Below, in pieces: positions 53,492-62,631 of a stretch of 64,000 nucleotides of DNA; positions within the stretch are counted from its first letter, which is position 1; every line of letters begins with the position of its first letter. A program made the position numbers and the translations under genes. Origin of the DNA: Acidimicrobiia bacterium (GTDB lineage: Bacteria > Actinomycetota > Acidimicrobiia > Spongiisociales > ZC4RG35). Location: NCBI GenBank assembly GCA_017577575.2, contig PKRG02000004.1, forward strand, positions 28,742-92,741, given 5' to 3'. The notes beneath the pieces are model-generated. The model saw nothing but the letters and a program-made list of their open reading frames with translations. It did not search any database and was not told the origin of the DNA.

Positions 53492-53668
53492 TCAGTCGAC
53501 CTCGAGAGCCTCTCGACCCTTGTAGTGGCCGCAGTTCGGGCAGGCCCGATGCGGGCGCCGTGGCGCCTTGCACTGCGGACATGTCGACAGTGAAGGCCGA
53601 TCGAGCCTCCAAGCCGCCTTGCGCTGCCGGGTGCGGCTGCGCGACATCTTCTTTTTGGGCACCGCCAT
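53492..53668 (-). CDS. rpmF: 50S ribosomal protein L32 (Cys-containing form)
   Basis: Trimmed to ATG 53668: MAVPKKKMSRSRTRQRKAAWRL...CPQC...CPNCG. Confidence 0.9.
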   Translation of the reverse strand: MAVPKKKMSRSRTRQRKAAWRLDRPSLSTCPQCKAPRRPHRACPNCGHYKGREALEVD

Positions 53669-53697
53669 GCGGAGCACTCCTCCATCGATGGTCGACG

Positions 53698-54198
53698 TCA
53701 ATGATCCGGGGGATCGAAAAGTCCCTGGAGAGCGGCGAATGGAGAGCTCACCGGCTCGTCGTGACCGCCGCAGGGGTCTCTATTCAAGTCGCTTCCGCAC
53801 GTCGGGCAAAGTCCCAGGCACTCGGGCTGGCACAGCGGGCGGAGCGGGATGGCGAGGGCGATCTCGTCGCGGACCGGCCCGGCCAGGTCGATGGTGTCGT
53901 CGGCGCCCAGTCTGTAGCCGTCGTCGTCGGGCTCGGGCTCGTACAGCTGCTCCTCGGACACTTCGAGGTCCACGTCCCATTCGATGAGACAGCGGGTGCA
54001 GACGAGGTGGGCGCTGGCGGTCGCCCGGAACCGGGCGCGGACCCCGTCGGGGATCCCTTCGAGGGTCGCTTCGGCCGCGACGGGGCCCCGGACCCACGAC
54101 TCGCCGACGCGCAGGTCGACGTCCATGGTCCCGCTGACCGACCGGCGCTCGCCGGGTCGGCCCACGAGGTCTGAGACTTGGAACAGCAGCTCTTTCAC
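53698..54198 (-). CDS. yceD: YceD/DUF177 family protein
   Basis: Track ORF 53698..54510 trimmed to GTG 54198, which overlaps the upstream stop (GTGA). ...CTRCLIEWD...DLAGPVRDEIALAIPLRPLC...CLGLCPTCG... Confidence 0.8.
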   Translation of the reverse strand: MKELLFQVSDLVGRPGERRSVSGTMDVDLRVGESWVRGPVAAEATLEGIPDGVRARFRATASAHLVCTRCLIEWDVDLEVSEEQLYEPEPDDDGYRLGADDTIDLAGPVRDEIALAIPLRPLCQPECLGLCPTCGSDLNRDPCGGHDEPVSSPFAALQGLFDPPDH

Positions 54199-54809
54199 AG
54201 GGGGACTTCTGGTGGTTTGGGACGCGCTTTGTGCAGCTCTTCGCGGGAGTAGTGGACCTTGCCCAACAGCTCGCTGAGCAGGTTCTCCACCCTCTCCAGC
54301 ATACGTTCGATCTCGTCTTCTGCTTCGAGTCGGAGGCGCCTCGCCTCCCCTTCCGCCCGCCGGACGAGGATGTTCGCCTCTTCGACCGCCTCGGCGAGGA
54401 TGTGCGACTCGGAGACCAGGCGACGTGACTCGGCTTTGGCCTTCTCGATGATCTCCTCGGCCTTCTCGTTGGTCCGGGCGATGAACGCCTCGCGCTCCCT
54501 CACCATCCACCGGGCTGCCCTCAGCTCGTCGGGAAGCTCGGCGCGCAGCTTCTCGAGCATGACGAGGAACTGGTCACGGTCGATGAGCACGCTCGAGGAC
54601 AGCGGCATCGTCTTGGCGGCGTGGAGGTGGGCGATGAGGTCGTCGACGATGTCCTGGAGCTCTCCGACCGTGGCCCGGTTGCGCGGGGCGTGGACCGGCC
54701 CCTCCACGGCGTCGTCGGCCGGTTCCTCGACGTCGTCCAACCCGACGGGGATCTCGTCGAGCGGGTCCGGCTCCACGTGGTCCTGACGGGTGGGCGGGTC
54801 CTGGTTCAT
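54195..54809 (-). CDS. Coiled-coil protein with acidic N-terminus (often annotated ATPase-subunit-b/H-like); function unknown
   Basis: 204 aa. ...MPLSSSVLIDRDQFLVMLEKLRAELPDELRAARWMVREREAFIARTNEKAEEIIEKAKAE... Translationally linked between coaD and yceD. Confidence 0.6.
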   Translation of the reverse strand: MNQDPPTRQDHVEPDPLDEIPVGLDDVEEPADDAVEGPVHAPRNRATVGELQDIVDDLIAHLHAAKTMPLSSSVLIDRDQFLVMLEKLRAELPDELRAARWMVREREAFIARTNEKAEEIIEKAKAESRRLVSESHILAEAVEEANILVRRAEGEARRLRLEAEDEIERMLERVENLLSELLGKVHYSREELHKARPKPPEVPL

Positions 54810-55273
54810 CCCAATCGCTCCTCCAACGCGGCGGCGACGTGTTCGGGCACTAGACCTCGGTATTCGCCCCCGAGTCTGGCAACCTCACGCACCAACGAGG
54901 AAGACAGGTAGGACCACTCGGGGTTGGTGGGCATGAACACCGTCTCGACCCCGGCGAGCGAGCGGTTCATCTGGGCCATCTGCAACTCGTAGTCGAAGTC
55001 CCCGACTGCCCGCAGGCCCTTGACGATCACGTCGACGCCGACGGCTTTGGCGAAGTCGACCAGAAGGCCGTCGAAAGATTCCACCTCGACACGTTCCCCG
55101 AACGACTTGCGGATCATGTCGACCCGGTCCTCGACGGAGAACATCGGCTCCTTGGAAGGGTTGCGGACCACCGCCACCACGACGCGATCGAAGACCCGCA
55201 GGCACCGTTCGATCACGTCGATGTGTCCGTTGGTGGGCGGGTCGAAGCTCCCTGGGCACAGTGCGGCGGTCAT
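54806..55273 (-). CDS. coaD: Phosphopantetheine adenylyltransferase
   Basis: Trimmed to ATG 55273: MTAALCPGSFDPPTNGHIDVIER... Confidence 0.95.
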   Translation of the reverse strand: MTAALCPGSFDPPTNGHIDVIERCLRVFDRVVVAVVRNPSKEPMFSVEDRVDMIRKSFGERVEVESFDGLLVDFAKAVGVDVIVKGLRAVGDFDYELQMAQMNRSLAGVETVFMPTNPEWSYLSSSLVREVARLGGEYRGLVPEHVAAALEERLG

Positions 55274-55830
55274 CCTCGGTCGTCCTCGTCGCTCAGTTTC
55301 ACGTACCGGTAGATTCTCGCGTCTCCGTAGCGCCGATCGGCGGCAAGTTCCCAGCCGGCCGGCGGCTGCGGGGGGACATCGCCGGCCCGGCGGCTGACCA
55401 CCACCTCCCCGTCGTCGTGGAGGATGGCGTCGATCTGGGCGAGTTGGCGGTCGACGACTTCGGTCGGCAGGTCCCAGGGCGGGTCGATGAACACGAGGTG
55501 GTAGCGGCGGGTACCCGGCCTCTCCAGGAACGCCTCCACGGTGGTGGCCACGACGCTGCCGCCCAGCCCCACGGCGGCGATGTTGGCACGGAGCGCCTCG
55601 AGTGCCGCCCGGCCGCTCTCCACGAACGTGGCCGATGCCGCGCCCCTGCTCAGCGCCTCCAGCCCGTAGGAGCCGGACCCGGCGTACAGGTCGAGCACGT
55701 CGGCGTCCACCACCCACGTCCCGAGGGCCGAGAAGACCGCCTCCCGGACCCGGTCGGTGGCCGGGCGGGTGTCGGGCGTGTCGGGGGCGACGAGGCGGCG
55801 GCCCTTGGCCGCGCCGGTGATGATTCGCAT
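55270..55830 (-). CDS. rsmD: 16S rRNA (guanine966-N2)-methyltransferase RsmD
   Basis: Trimmed to ATG 55830, which overlaps the recG stop (ATGA): [13 protein letters not shown]...TRPATDRVREAVFS...DLYAGSGSYGLEALSRGA...VFIDPPW. Confidence 0.9.
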   Translation of the reverse strand: MRIITGAAKGRRLVAPDTPDTRPATDRVREAVFSALGTWVVDADVLDLYAGSGSYGLEALSRGAASATFVESGRAALEALRANIAAVGLGGSVVATTVEAFLERPGTRRYHLVFIDPPWDLPTEVVDRQLAQIDAILHDDGEVVVSRRAGDVPPQPPAGWELAADRRYGDARIYRYVKLSDEDDRG

Positions 55831-58007
55831 CAGGCCCGCGCCTCGGTCACGAGCCAGGCGACGGCGTCCCCCATCATGACCTCGACCTCCTCGCGCAGGT
55901 CGGGGTAGCGCTCGAGCTCGGGGTCGGCGCCCACCAGTGCGAACGCCTCGTTGCGGGCGATCTCGAGGACGTCGAAGTCGGTGAGGATGTCGGCGATCTT
56001 CAGGTCGGTCATGCCGGACTGCCGCTTGCCGAACACCGTGCCTTGGCCCCGGATCTGCAGATCGACGGTGGCGAGGTCGAACCCGTCGTTGGTGCGGACC
56101 ATCGCCGCCAACCGTTGCTCGCCTTCCTCGGTGGTGGGGTCGGCTATGAGGATGCAGGTGCCGGGATGCCGCCCGCGGCCCACCCGACCCCGCAGCTGGT
56201 GGAGCTGGGACAACCCGAAGCGGTCGGCGTCTTCGATCACCATGACGGTGGAGTTGGGGACGTCGATGCCCACTTCGATGACGGTGGTGGAGACGAGCAC
56301 GTCGATCTCGCCGTCCCGGAACGCGGCCATCACCGCCTCCTTGTCCGCCGGGGGCAGCTGCCCGTGGATCAGCCCGACCCTCACCCCGTCGAGTATTTCC
56401 TGGAGCCTCTCGTACTCGGCGGTGGCGGACGACACTTCCACCTTGGGGCTGTCGTCGACGAGGGGGCAGACGACGAACGCCTGGCGGCCCTTGGAGACCT
56501 CGCGTCTGATTAGGTCCCATGCCTCGTCCTGGCGGCTCCACGGCAGGGCGATCGTCTCGATGGGTGTGCGGCCGGGAGGCAGCTCGTCGATCACGGACAC
56601 GTCGAGGTCGCCGTAGAGGGTCATCGACAGTGTCCTCGGGATGGGGGTCGCCGTCATGATCAGGAGGTCGGGGTCGACCCCCGACCCTTTGGCTTTGAGG
56701 TCCACCCGCTGGCCCACTCCGAATCGGTGCTGCTCGTCGACGACGGCGACGCCGAGCCGGTGGAATTCGACGCCTTCCTGGATGAGTGCGTGGGTCCCGA
56801 CCACCAGCTGGGCGTCGCCGGTGCGGATCGCCTCGATCACTTCCCGCCGCCCGGCCCCGGGGTGGTTGGAGAGCACGGCACGGGTGCCGGTGAGCAGGGC
56901 GACGGACACGCCCGGTTTCCGTTCGCCGGCGAACAGCGACTCCATGCCCAGGGAGGCTCCTTCGCCCACCGGCTCTGCGGCCATCCCCGCCTCGACGAAG
57001 AGCCGGGTGATGCCGAGGTAGTGCTGCTCGGCCAGCACCTCGGTCGGGGCCATGACCGCCCCCTGGTAGCCGCCTTCGATCCCGGCGAGGAGGGCGGCCA
57101 CGGCGACGACCGTCTTGCCCGACCCCACTTCTCCCTGGAGGAGGCGGTGCATCGGCTGGGGTCGCTCGAGGTCGCGGCGGATCTCGTCCAGCACGCGCTC
57201 CTGGGCGGGGGTCAGCCGGTACGGCAAGCCGGCGAGGAAACGTCGGGTCAGCGACCCGTCGGGCCGGTGGGTGATGCCGGTGGCGGCGAGCTCCTGGCGC
57301 TTCTTGTGCATCGCCAGGGCCAGCTCCAGGCGGAAGAACTCGTCGAAGACGAGCCGGCGGCGGGCGTCTCTCACCTCCGACAGGTCGTCGGGGAAGTGGA
57401 TCAGGGAAAAGGCCCGGTCACGGTCCATGACCTCTGCCCGGCGCAGGATCGGCTCGGGGACCGGGTCGGGTATCGGACGGCTCCGTCGCAGTGCATTGTG
57501 GATTCCCCGTCGCATGTATCCGGGTGTCACCGATCCCACGGAGGGATGGATGGGCACGATCCGGCCGGTGTTGAGCGCCTCGCTGGGCGAGGACAGGACG
57601 TCGACCGCCGGGCTCTTCATCTGCAGGCGCCCCCGGAAACGCTCGATCTTGCCGGACAGCGCCACCTCCGAGTCGGTGGCCAGCTGCCGCTCCCGGTAGG
57701 TCTGGTTGAACCAGATCGCCTTCAACCGGGACACGCCGTCGGTGATGGTCGCCTCCACGATCACCAGGTTCTTGCGCACCCGGCGCGAGTCGAGCGAGTG
57801 GACACGGCCGATCACCGTCACCTCGGTGTCGAGGGGCGCTTCGGCGATGGGGGTGCTGCGCGACCGGTCGATGTACGTGCGCGGCACGTGCATGAGGAGG
57901 TCGGCGACGCTCACGATGCCGGCCTTCCGCAGCTCTCGGCCGCGGCTGCCGCCGAACGTCTTGACCTCCTCCACGGGTATCCGGGCGAGACGGCTCAGGG
58001 TCGCCAC
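55830..58007 (-). CDS. recG: ATP-dependent DNA helicase RecG
   Basis: 725 aa. Wedge domain, then [14 protein letters not shown] (motif I), VVDEQHRFG (DEQH), [21 protein letters not shown]. Confidence 0.95.
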   Translation of the reverse strand: MATLSRLARIPVEEVKTFGGSRGRELRKAGIVSVADLLMHVPRTYIDRSRSTPIAEAPLDTEVTVIGRVHSLDSRRVRKNLVIVEATITDGVSRLKAIWFNQTYRERQLATDSEVALSGKIERFRGRLQMKSPAVDVLSSPSEALNTGRIVPIHPSVGSVTPGYMRRGIHNALRRSRPIPDPVPEPILRRAEVMDRDRAFSLIHFPDDLSEVRDARRRLVFDEFFRLELALAMHKKRQELAATGITHRPDGSLTRRFLAGLPYRLTPAQERVLDEIRRDLERPQPMHRLLQGEVGSGKTVVAVAALLAGIEGGYQGAVMAPTEVLAEQHYLGITRLFVEAGMAAEPVGEGASLGMESLFAGERKPGVSVALLTGTRAVLSNHPGAGRREVIEAIRTGDAQLVVGTHALIQEGVEFHRLGVAVVDEQHRFGVGQRVDLKAKGSGVDPDLLIMTATPIPRTLSMTLYGDLDVSVIDELPPGRTPIETIALPWSRQDEAWDLIRREVSKGRQAFVVCPLVDDSPKVEVSSATAEYERLQEILDGVRVGLIHGQLPPADKEAVMAAFRDGEIDVLVSTTVIEVGIDVPNSTVMVIEDADRFGLSQLHQLRGRVGRGRHPGTCILIADPTTEEGEQRLAAMVRTNDGFDLATVDLQIRGQGTVFGKRQSGMTDLKIADILTDFDVLEIARNEAFALVGADPELERYPDLREEVEVMMGDAVAWLVTEARA

Positions 58008-58126
58008 GTCGATGGGATCGGGGGGAGAGACACCACGAACTGCGAGGATACCGACCGGGCACGGACGTCGAATTTCGGCAGCCCTCTGGCCCTAGTTATC
58101 ATTCCCGGCTGTTCCCGAGGAGTTCC

Positions 58127-58315
58127 ATGTCCTACCGCTGTGAGATCTGCGGGAAGGGGCCCGGTTACGGCAAGACCGTGAGCTTCTCCCACAAGCGAAA
58201 CAACCGGCGTTGGCTGCCCAACATCCAGCGCATCCGGGTCCGGCACGGATCCAACACCCGCCGCGCCCGCGTGTGCGCTTCCTGCATCCGCGCCGGCAAA
58301 GTCGAAAAGGCCTGA
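58127..58315 (+). CDS. rpmB: 50S ribosomal protein L28 (Cys-containing form)
   Basis: [38 protein letters not shown]...CASC. Confidence 0.95.
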   Translation: MSYRCEICGKGPGYGKTVSFSHKRNNRRWLPNIQRIRVRHGSNTRRARVCASCIRAGKVEKA

Positions 58316-58322
58316 GACCGCG

Positions 58323-58541
58323 ATGGCCGTCCAGGGCGTGGTCCAGACATACGACCCGGTCACCGGAGTGGGTGTCGTCGTCCGCGACGACGACCGCTCG
58401 TTGGTGCTGTTGCGTCCTGGATCGCTCGAGGGTTCGATCTTCCGCACCCTGCGCCAGGGCCAGCGGATCATCTTCGACCCCGTGGAAGAGGACGGCACCG
58501 TCTACGTCAGCAAGGTACGGGTCGGCCAGGACACGTACTGA
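58323..58541 (+). CDS. Small cold-shock-domain-like beta-barrel protein with degenerate RNP motifs
   Basis: 72 aa. VQGVVQTYDPVTGVGVVVRDDDRSLVLLRPGSLEGSIFRTLRQGQRIIFD aligns by eye with the CspA pattern (GTVKWFN..KGFGFI...DVFVH.S.I...GFR.L.EGQ.V.F), but the aromatic RNP residues are replaced. Confidence 0.55.
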   Translation: MAVQGVVQTYDPVTGVGVVVRDDDRSLVLLRPGSLEGSIFRTLRQGQRIIFDPVEEDGTVYVSKVRVGQDTY

Positions 58542-58606
58542 ACCGCTCCTACGCAGCCTGAACGCGCTGGGTATAGTCCGCCATTCGAGACCTCGAGGAG
58601 GGTTTA

Positions 58607-58840
58607 GTGGTCCAGGCGTACGTGCTGATCCAGACGGAGGTTGGTAAGGCCGCCCTGGTGGCCGAAGAAGTCCGTCAGATCCCCGGCGTGGACACCGCCG
58701 ACGACGTGACCGGCCCCTACGACGTCATCGTCAAGGCGACAGCAGACGACGTCGACGCGCTGGGCAAGCTGGTGGTGGCGCGCATCCAGGCCATCGAGGG
58801 CATCACCCGCACCCTCACCTGCCCGGTCGTCAACCTCTGA
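58607..58840 (+). CDS. Stand-alone Lrp/AsnC ligand-binding (RAM) domain protein
   Basis: 77 aa, GTG start. VQAYVLIQTEVGKAALVAEEVRQIPGVDTADDVTGPYDVIVKATADDVDALGKLVVARIQAIEGITRTLT. Confidence 0.75.
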   Translation: MVQAYVLIQTEVGKAALVAEEVRQIPGVDTADDVTGPYDVIVKATADDVDALGKLVVARIQAIEGITRTLTCPVVNL

Positions 58841-58844
58841 CCTT

Positions 58845-59927
58845 CTAGCCCAGTTTCGAGGCGATCGTGCCCGCGTTGCGCAACGCGGTGCCGTCGGACC
58901 CTGCGGTCGAGAAGACCCTCGCCGGCTTGGCCCGCGCTTCGGCCACCAGGTCGCCGAACAGCTCCTGCCGCGTCCGCGGCGGGTCGGTCCACAGGTAAGC
59001 GGCCATCGAGCCGGGGATGGTGTTGATCTCGTTCACCCACACCTCCCCGTCGCGCTCGAGGAAATCGATGCGGGCGATGCCGCGGATGCCTGTGACCGTG
59101 GCGACGGTGCGCGCCAAAGACCGGATCCGCTCCTCCGTCTCCGCCGGGATCCGGGCGGGTAGCTCCCGGCCCGACGACACTTCCCCTCCCCAGGCGAGGT
59201 ACTTCTGGGCGTAGCCGTAGATGGCGCCGCCTTCCTCCCGGGCGGGCGCTTCGATCGCCGACAGCTCCAGTTGCGGATACGTCCTCACGCCGATCTGGAG
59301 GTCGCGGCTCCCGGCGACGAAAGGCTCCACCACCCCACCCGAGCCGAAGTAGGGGCTCTGGGAGACGAGGGCCTTCACCGTGTCCCAGTCCTCGGCGACC
59401 TCGATGCCGATCGACGAGCCCCCGAAGCGGGGTTTGACGATGTACGGGCCCTCGAAGGGCGCGTCGGGCAGGTGGTCGGGGCCGACCAGCACCCGATCGA
59501 GCGTCGGCAGCCCGGCCGACCGCATCACCGCTCCGAAAGCGAACTTGTCCATGCCGATGGCCGACGCCGCCTGGCCTGGCCCGGTGTAGCGGATCCCGGC
59601 GAGGTCGAGCGCCCCTTGCAGCGAACCGTCCTCCCCCGGCCCTCCATGGCAGGCGATCACCACCACGTCGATCGGGAGAGGCTTGCGTTTCAGCACGAAA
59701 CCGCCGCCGGGTGCGGCGACGAACGTCACGGGGCGGGCCTTGCGGGGCACGCCCTCGACGAAGTCGGCGGCCTCGGAGGTGGCGTCGACGAGGAACCACT
59801 CCCTCGTCTTCGACCAGTAGAGGGCGAGCGGGTCGCCGGGAAGGGCGCGGGCGACCTGGAGACCGGTGAGGATCGAGATGTCGTGTTCGTCGCTGGGTCC
59901 CCCGAAGAGGACGGCTGCCTGCGTCAT
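58845..59927 (-). CDS. ddl: D-alanine--D-alanine ligase
   Basis: MTQAAVLFGGPSDEHDISILTG..., HGGPGEDGSLQG, ATP-grasp C-terminal part ...EINTIPG. Confidence 0.95.
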   Translation of the reverse strand: MTQAAVLFGGPSDEHDISILTGLQVARALPGDPLALYWSKTREWFLVDATSEAADFVEGVPRKARPVTFVAAPGGGFVLKRKPLPIDVVVIACHGGPGEDGSLQGALDLAGIRYTGPGQAASAIGMDKFAFGAVMRSAGLPTLDRVLVGPDHLPDAPFEGPYIVKPRFGGSSIGIEVAEDWDTVKALVSQSPYFGSGGVVEPFVAGSRDLQIGVRTYPQLELSAIEAPAREEGGAIYGYAQKYLAWGGEVSSGRELPARIPAETEERIRSLARTVATVTGIRGIARIDFLERDGEVWVNEINTIPGSMAAYLWTDPPRTRQELFGDLVAEARAKPARVFSTAGSDGTALRNAGTIASKLG

Positions 59928-59970
59928 GGGCGGGATGGTACGGCCTTTCTAGGACTGCTCGGTCGCTTTG

Positions 59971-60110
59971 CCGGGTGGGGGGTGGGGACGGGCGGCGCGG
60001 AATCGAACGGGGCGGTGGGTGGGGACGGGCGGCGCGGAATCGAACCGGGTGGCGGATGGGGACGGGCGGCGCGGAATCGAACCGGGTGGTGGGCGGGGAC
60101 GGGCGGCGTG
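59971..60110. repeat. 37-bp tandem repeat, 3 full units plus flanking partial units
   Basis: Units start at 59984, 60021 and 60058 (exact 37-bp period). A truncated unit starts at 60095. The first 25 nt, GGGGACGGGCGGCGCGGAATCGAAC, are identical in the 3 full units; the 12-nt tails vary (GGGGCGGTGGGT / CGGGTGGCGGAT / CGGGTGGTGGGC). A tail-like 13-mer precedes unit 1. Confidence 0.9.
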
Positions 60111-60129
60111 GAGATGTGCTCGCGAGGCA

Positions 60130-60152
60130 GGGGCCGGGATGGTCCCGGCCCC
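60130..60152 (-). terminator. GC-rich hairpin GGGGCCGGG-N5-CCCGGCCCC, 40 nt downstream of the stop of the 60192..61784 gene
   Basis: Perfect 9-bp stem with a 5-nt loop, read directly. No U-tract, which is common for terminator-like hairpins in high-GC actinobacteria. Confidence 0.5.
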
Positions 60153-60191
60153 CGCTTCCGAGGAGGAGGCTTTCTCCCAGTCTCCTGCGTC

Positions 60192-61784
60192 TCAGCCGTT
60201 GGACTCGTCGAGAACGTCGCGCAACGCCCGGAACAGGAACGCGGCCATCTCGCCGCGGGTGATGTCCCGGTCGGGGCAGAACTGGTCGTTCACCGGCGGG
60301 TTGCACCCGCGGGTCACGTCCGCCGCGGCCAGGGCGTTGATGTCGCCTTCGAAGATCGACCGGTCGTCGTCGGTGAAGGCGTCGTCCTCACCCGGCGGCA
60401 GATCCAGGGCCCGCACGATCACCGCCGCCATCTCGCCGCGGGTGATCGGCTCGTCCGGGCACGCCCGGTCGTTGATGGGCGGGTTGCAGCCACGGAAGAT
60501 GTCGGCGGCCTTGGCCGCGTTCAGGTCGCCCTCGAAGATCGAGTGGCCGTCGTCGACGAACCCGTCGACATCCGACGCCGGCAGGTCCAGGGCCCGGACC
60601 AGGAACGCCGCCATCTGGCCGCGGGTGATGCTGTCGTCCGGGCAGAACATGTCGTTCGCCGGCGGGTTGCAGCCCCGGGTGATGTCGTGGCGGGCGAGCC
60701 ACATGATCTCACCCCAGAACAGGTGGGTCTCCGGGACGTCGCGGAAGCCCGGATGCTCCGGCGAGGGAGCAGCCACCACCCGGAGGATGAACTGCGTCTG
60801 GCCGTAGTCGTTGGAGATCCTCACGTAGCGGTCGCCGAGGGCGGCGTCGTCGGGCACGACGAAGGACAGCTCGGTGCCTTCGTCGTTCCACGTCGCGTCG
60901 ACCACACCGGCGCCGTTCAGCTGCACGGTGACGTCCGCCAGGTTCTTTCCGGTCACGGTGACGGTGTCACCCCGGGCGGCCTCTTCGGGCCACTCGGTGA
61001 GGATCGGCCGGGGGTCCTCCCCGAACTTGTAGGTCTGGTCGCCGATGGTGACCTGATCGACGTAGCTGGAGACCGTGACACCTGCATCGGTGCCCAGGTT
61101 CAGGCCGACGCCGATCGCCACCGGATCGAGGGCGTCGTCCGGGTAGGTGTCTTTGTCCTCGCTGGCCTGCTCGTAGATCTGAGTCAGCCAGTTGTCCAGC
61201 GAGTCGGTCGCTCCAGCGGCCGTGCTCAGCGTCACCGTGTCCCCCGACCAGTCGAACGTCTGCCACTGGTCGAGCTCCAGCCCGTTCGCGCCCGGCATGA
61301 GGCTCAGGGTCGTGAACCGAGGGCTGTCACCGTCCCAGCCGTAGAAGACTTCGACCACGAGCTGAGTCGACGCGTTCACGTTGGTCGCTTCGTCGACGTA
61401 CAGCGTGTAGCCGAGGCCCGACTCGAAGAACTCGCGCAAGTCGGGTCGCTCCGCCGCCTGGAAATAGGAGATGACCCGTGCATGGTCCTCGGGGTCGGCC
61501 ACCCCGGCGTCGATCGCCAGGTGCAAGCTGTGTGCCGAGCCCTCGTTGACCGGGTCATCGACGATTTCGTAGATGCCCGGCTGGTAGGCGGTGTCGTGGC
61601 GTTTCCACCACGTATCCAGTCCGACCTCCAGGGGCTCGCCTTCCATGTTGCTCCCGTCCGGGAGCTCGCTGATGAAATGCAGGTCAGTTTCCTGAGCCAC
61701 GGTCGGCGCCGCGAACAGGGGCGCCAGGCCGAGGCTGAGAATGAGTACCCCGATCGCAAATCGAGGCTTGGTAGTTCGTCCCAT
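60192..61784 (-). CDS. Secreted protein: signal peptide, ~300-aa unknown N-domain, IPT/TIG-like domain (tentative), 3 Cys-containing SLH-like repeats
   Basis: MGRTTKPRFAIGVLILSLGLAPLFAAPTVAQE (signal peptide). ...RGDTVTVTGKNLADVTVQLNG...LSFVVPDDAALGDRYVRISN (IPT-like). Three copies of ...(I/V)(T/F)RGCNPPxNDxxCPDxxITRG(Q/E)MAA.. as in the 16239..17087 protein. Confidence 0.8.
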   Translation of the reverse strand: MGRTTKPRFAIGVLILSLGLAPLFAAPTVAQETDLHFISELPDGSNMEGEPLEVGLDTWWKRHDTAYQPGIYEIVDDPVNEGSAHSLHLAIDAGVADPEDHARVISYFQAAERPDLREFFESGLGYTLYVDEATNVNASTQLVVEVFYGWDGDSPRFTTLSLMPGANGLELDQWQTFDWSGDTVTLSTAAGATDSLDNWLTQIYEQASEDKDTYPDDALDPVAIGVGLNLGTDAGVTVSSYVDQVTIGDQTYKFGEDPRPILTEWPEEAARGDTVTVTGKNLADVTVQLNGAGVVDATWNDEGTELSFVVPDDAALGDRYVRISNDYGQTQFILRVVAAPSPEHPGFRDVPETHLFWGEIMWLARHDITRGCNPPANDMFCPDDSITRGQMAAFLVRALDLPASDVDGFVDDGHSIFEGDLNAAKAADIFRGCNPPINDRACPDEPITRGEMAAVIVRALDLPPGEDDAFTDDDRSIFEGDINALAAADVTRGCNPPVNDQFCPDRDITRGEMAAFLFRALRDVLDESNG

Positions 61785-61914
61785 GTCGTCCTCGCTTTCT
61801 CCTCTGGTCCCGCGCAGGGACTTTCGGTTTCGGTTTGGACGCCTCCCCCTCTTGCAGACATCGACGCTAGGCAGCTCCCGTCGTTAGGCAAACGCGCCGG
61901 GGCTGACCTCCCGG

Positions 61915-62631
61915 ATGCGACCAGCCTCGGTCCACAGCGGCGATACTGGCGCCGTGGAAGCTCTGGTCTTGTTGGTCGAGGACGACCGCTCGATCCGCGA
62001 CGTCACCCGGATGGGGCTGTCCGACGCCGGGTTCACGGTGGTCACAGCGGGCGACGGCGAAGAGGCTCTGGCGGCCTTCCGCCGGCACGCCCCGGACGCG
62101 GTCGTGCTCGACGTGATGCTCCCCCGCCGCGACGGCCTCGAGGTCCTGCGGGCGATCCGCCACACCTCGAGCGTCCCCGTGCTGATGCTCACCGCCCGCG
62201 ACACCACCACCGACGTGGTCCTCGGCCTGGAGCTGGGAGCCGACGACTACATGACGAAGCCGTTCGAGATGCCGGTCCTGGTGGCCCGTCTCCGCTCCGT
62301 ACTGCGCCGGGCGAACCGGGCCGACGTGGGCGACGAGCTGCGCGTGGGCGATGTGAGAGTCGACGTCGCCGCCCACCGGGTCACACGCGGCGGCGACGAG
62401 ATCGACCTCTCCCCCACCGAGTTCCGCCTCCTCTGCGAACTGGCGCGCCGGCCCGGGCGGGTGTTCACCCGGGAGATCCTGTTGGAGAACGTGTGGGGGT
62501 ACCCGGCCGTCGGCGACACGCGCCTGGTAGACGTCGCCATCCAGCGTCTCCGGGCCAAGCTGGAACGGGACCCCTCCCACCCCGAGCTGATCCAGACGGT
62601 CCGGGGGTTCGGATACCGGGCGGCGGGATGA
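61915..62631 (+). CDS. OmpR-family response regulator
   Basis: LVLLVEDDRSIRD..., VVLDVMLPRRDG, wHTH C-terminus ...LSPTEFRLLCELARRPGRVFTRE...VDVAIQRLRAKL. The start may be GTG 61954 instead of ATG 61915. Confidence 0.9.
   Translation: MRPASVHSGDTGAVEALVLLVEDDRSIRDVTRMGLSDAGFTVVTAGDGEEALAAFRRHAPDAVVLDVMLPRRDGLEVLRAIRHTSSVPVLMLTARDTTTDVVLGLELGADDYMTKPFEMPVLVARLRSVLRRANRADVGDELRVGDVRVDVAAHRVTRGGDEIDLSPTEFRLLCELARRPGRVFTREILLENVWGYPAVGDTRLVDVAIQRLRAKLERDPSHPELIQTVRGFGYRAAG

Noticed and set aside
59971-60110. CRISPR array?
   Set aside because: The units abut directly with a 37-bp period and no unique spacers between them. There are no cas genes in the window. It is a tandem repeat, not a CRISPR array.
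59971-60190. A tRNA gene or tRNA pseudogene on the minus strand, prompted by GGTTCGATTCC
   Set aside because: Only a T-arm/acceptor-like 3' segment is present. I could not build D-arm, anticodon-arm or 5' acceptor pairing upstream of any unit. The motif is therefore reported only as a resemblance.
58717-60807. ORFs 58717..60306(-), 59968..60807(+) and 59975..60262(+), which read through ddl antisense, the 37-bp repeat array and the SLH-like gene
   Set aside because: The products are dominated by R/G/P. The repeat period (37) is not divisible by 3, so the repeats would not encode a repeated peptide. They conflict with strongly supported genes.
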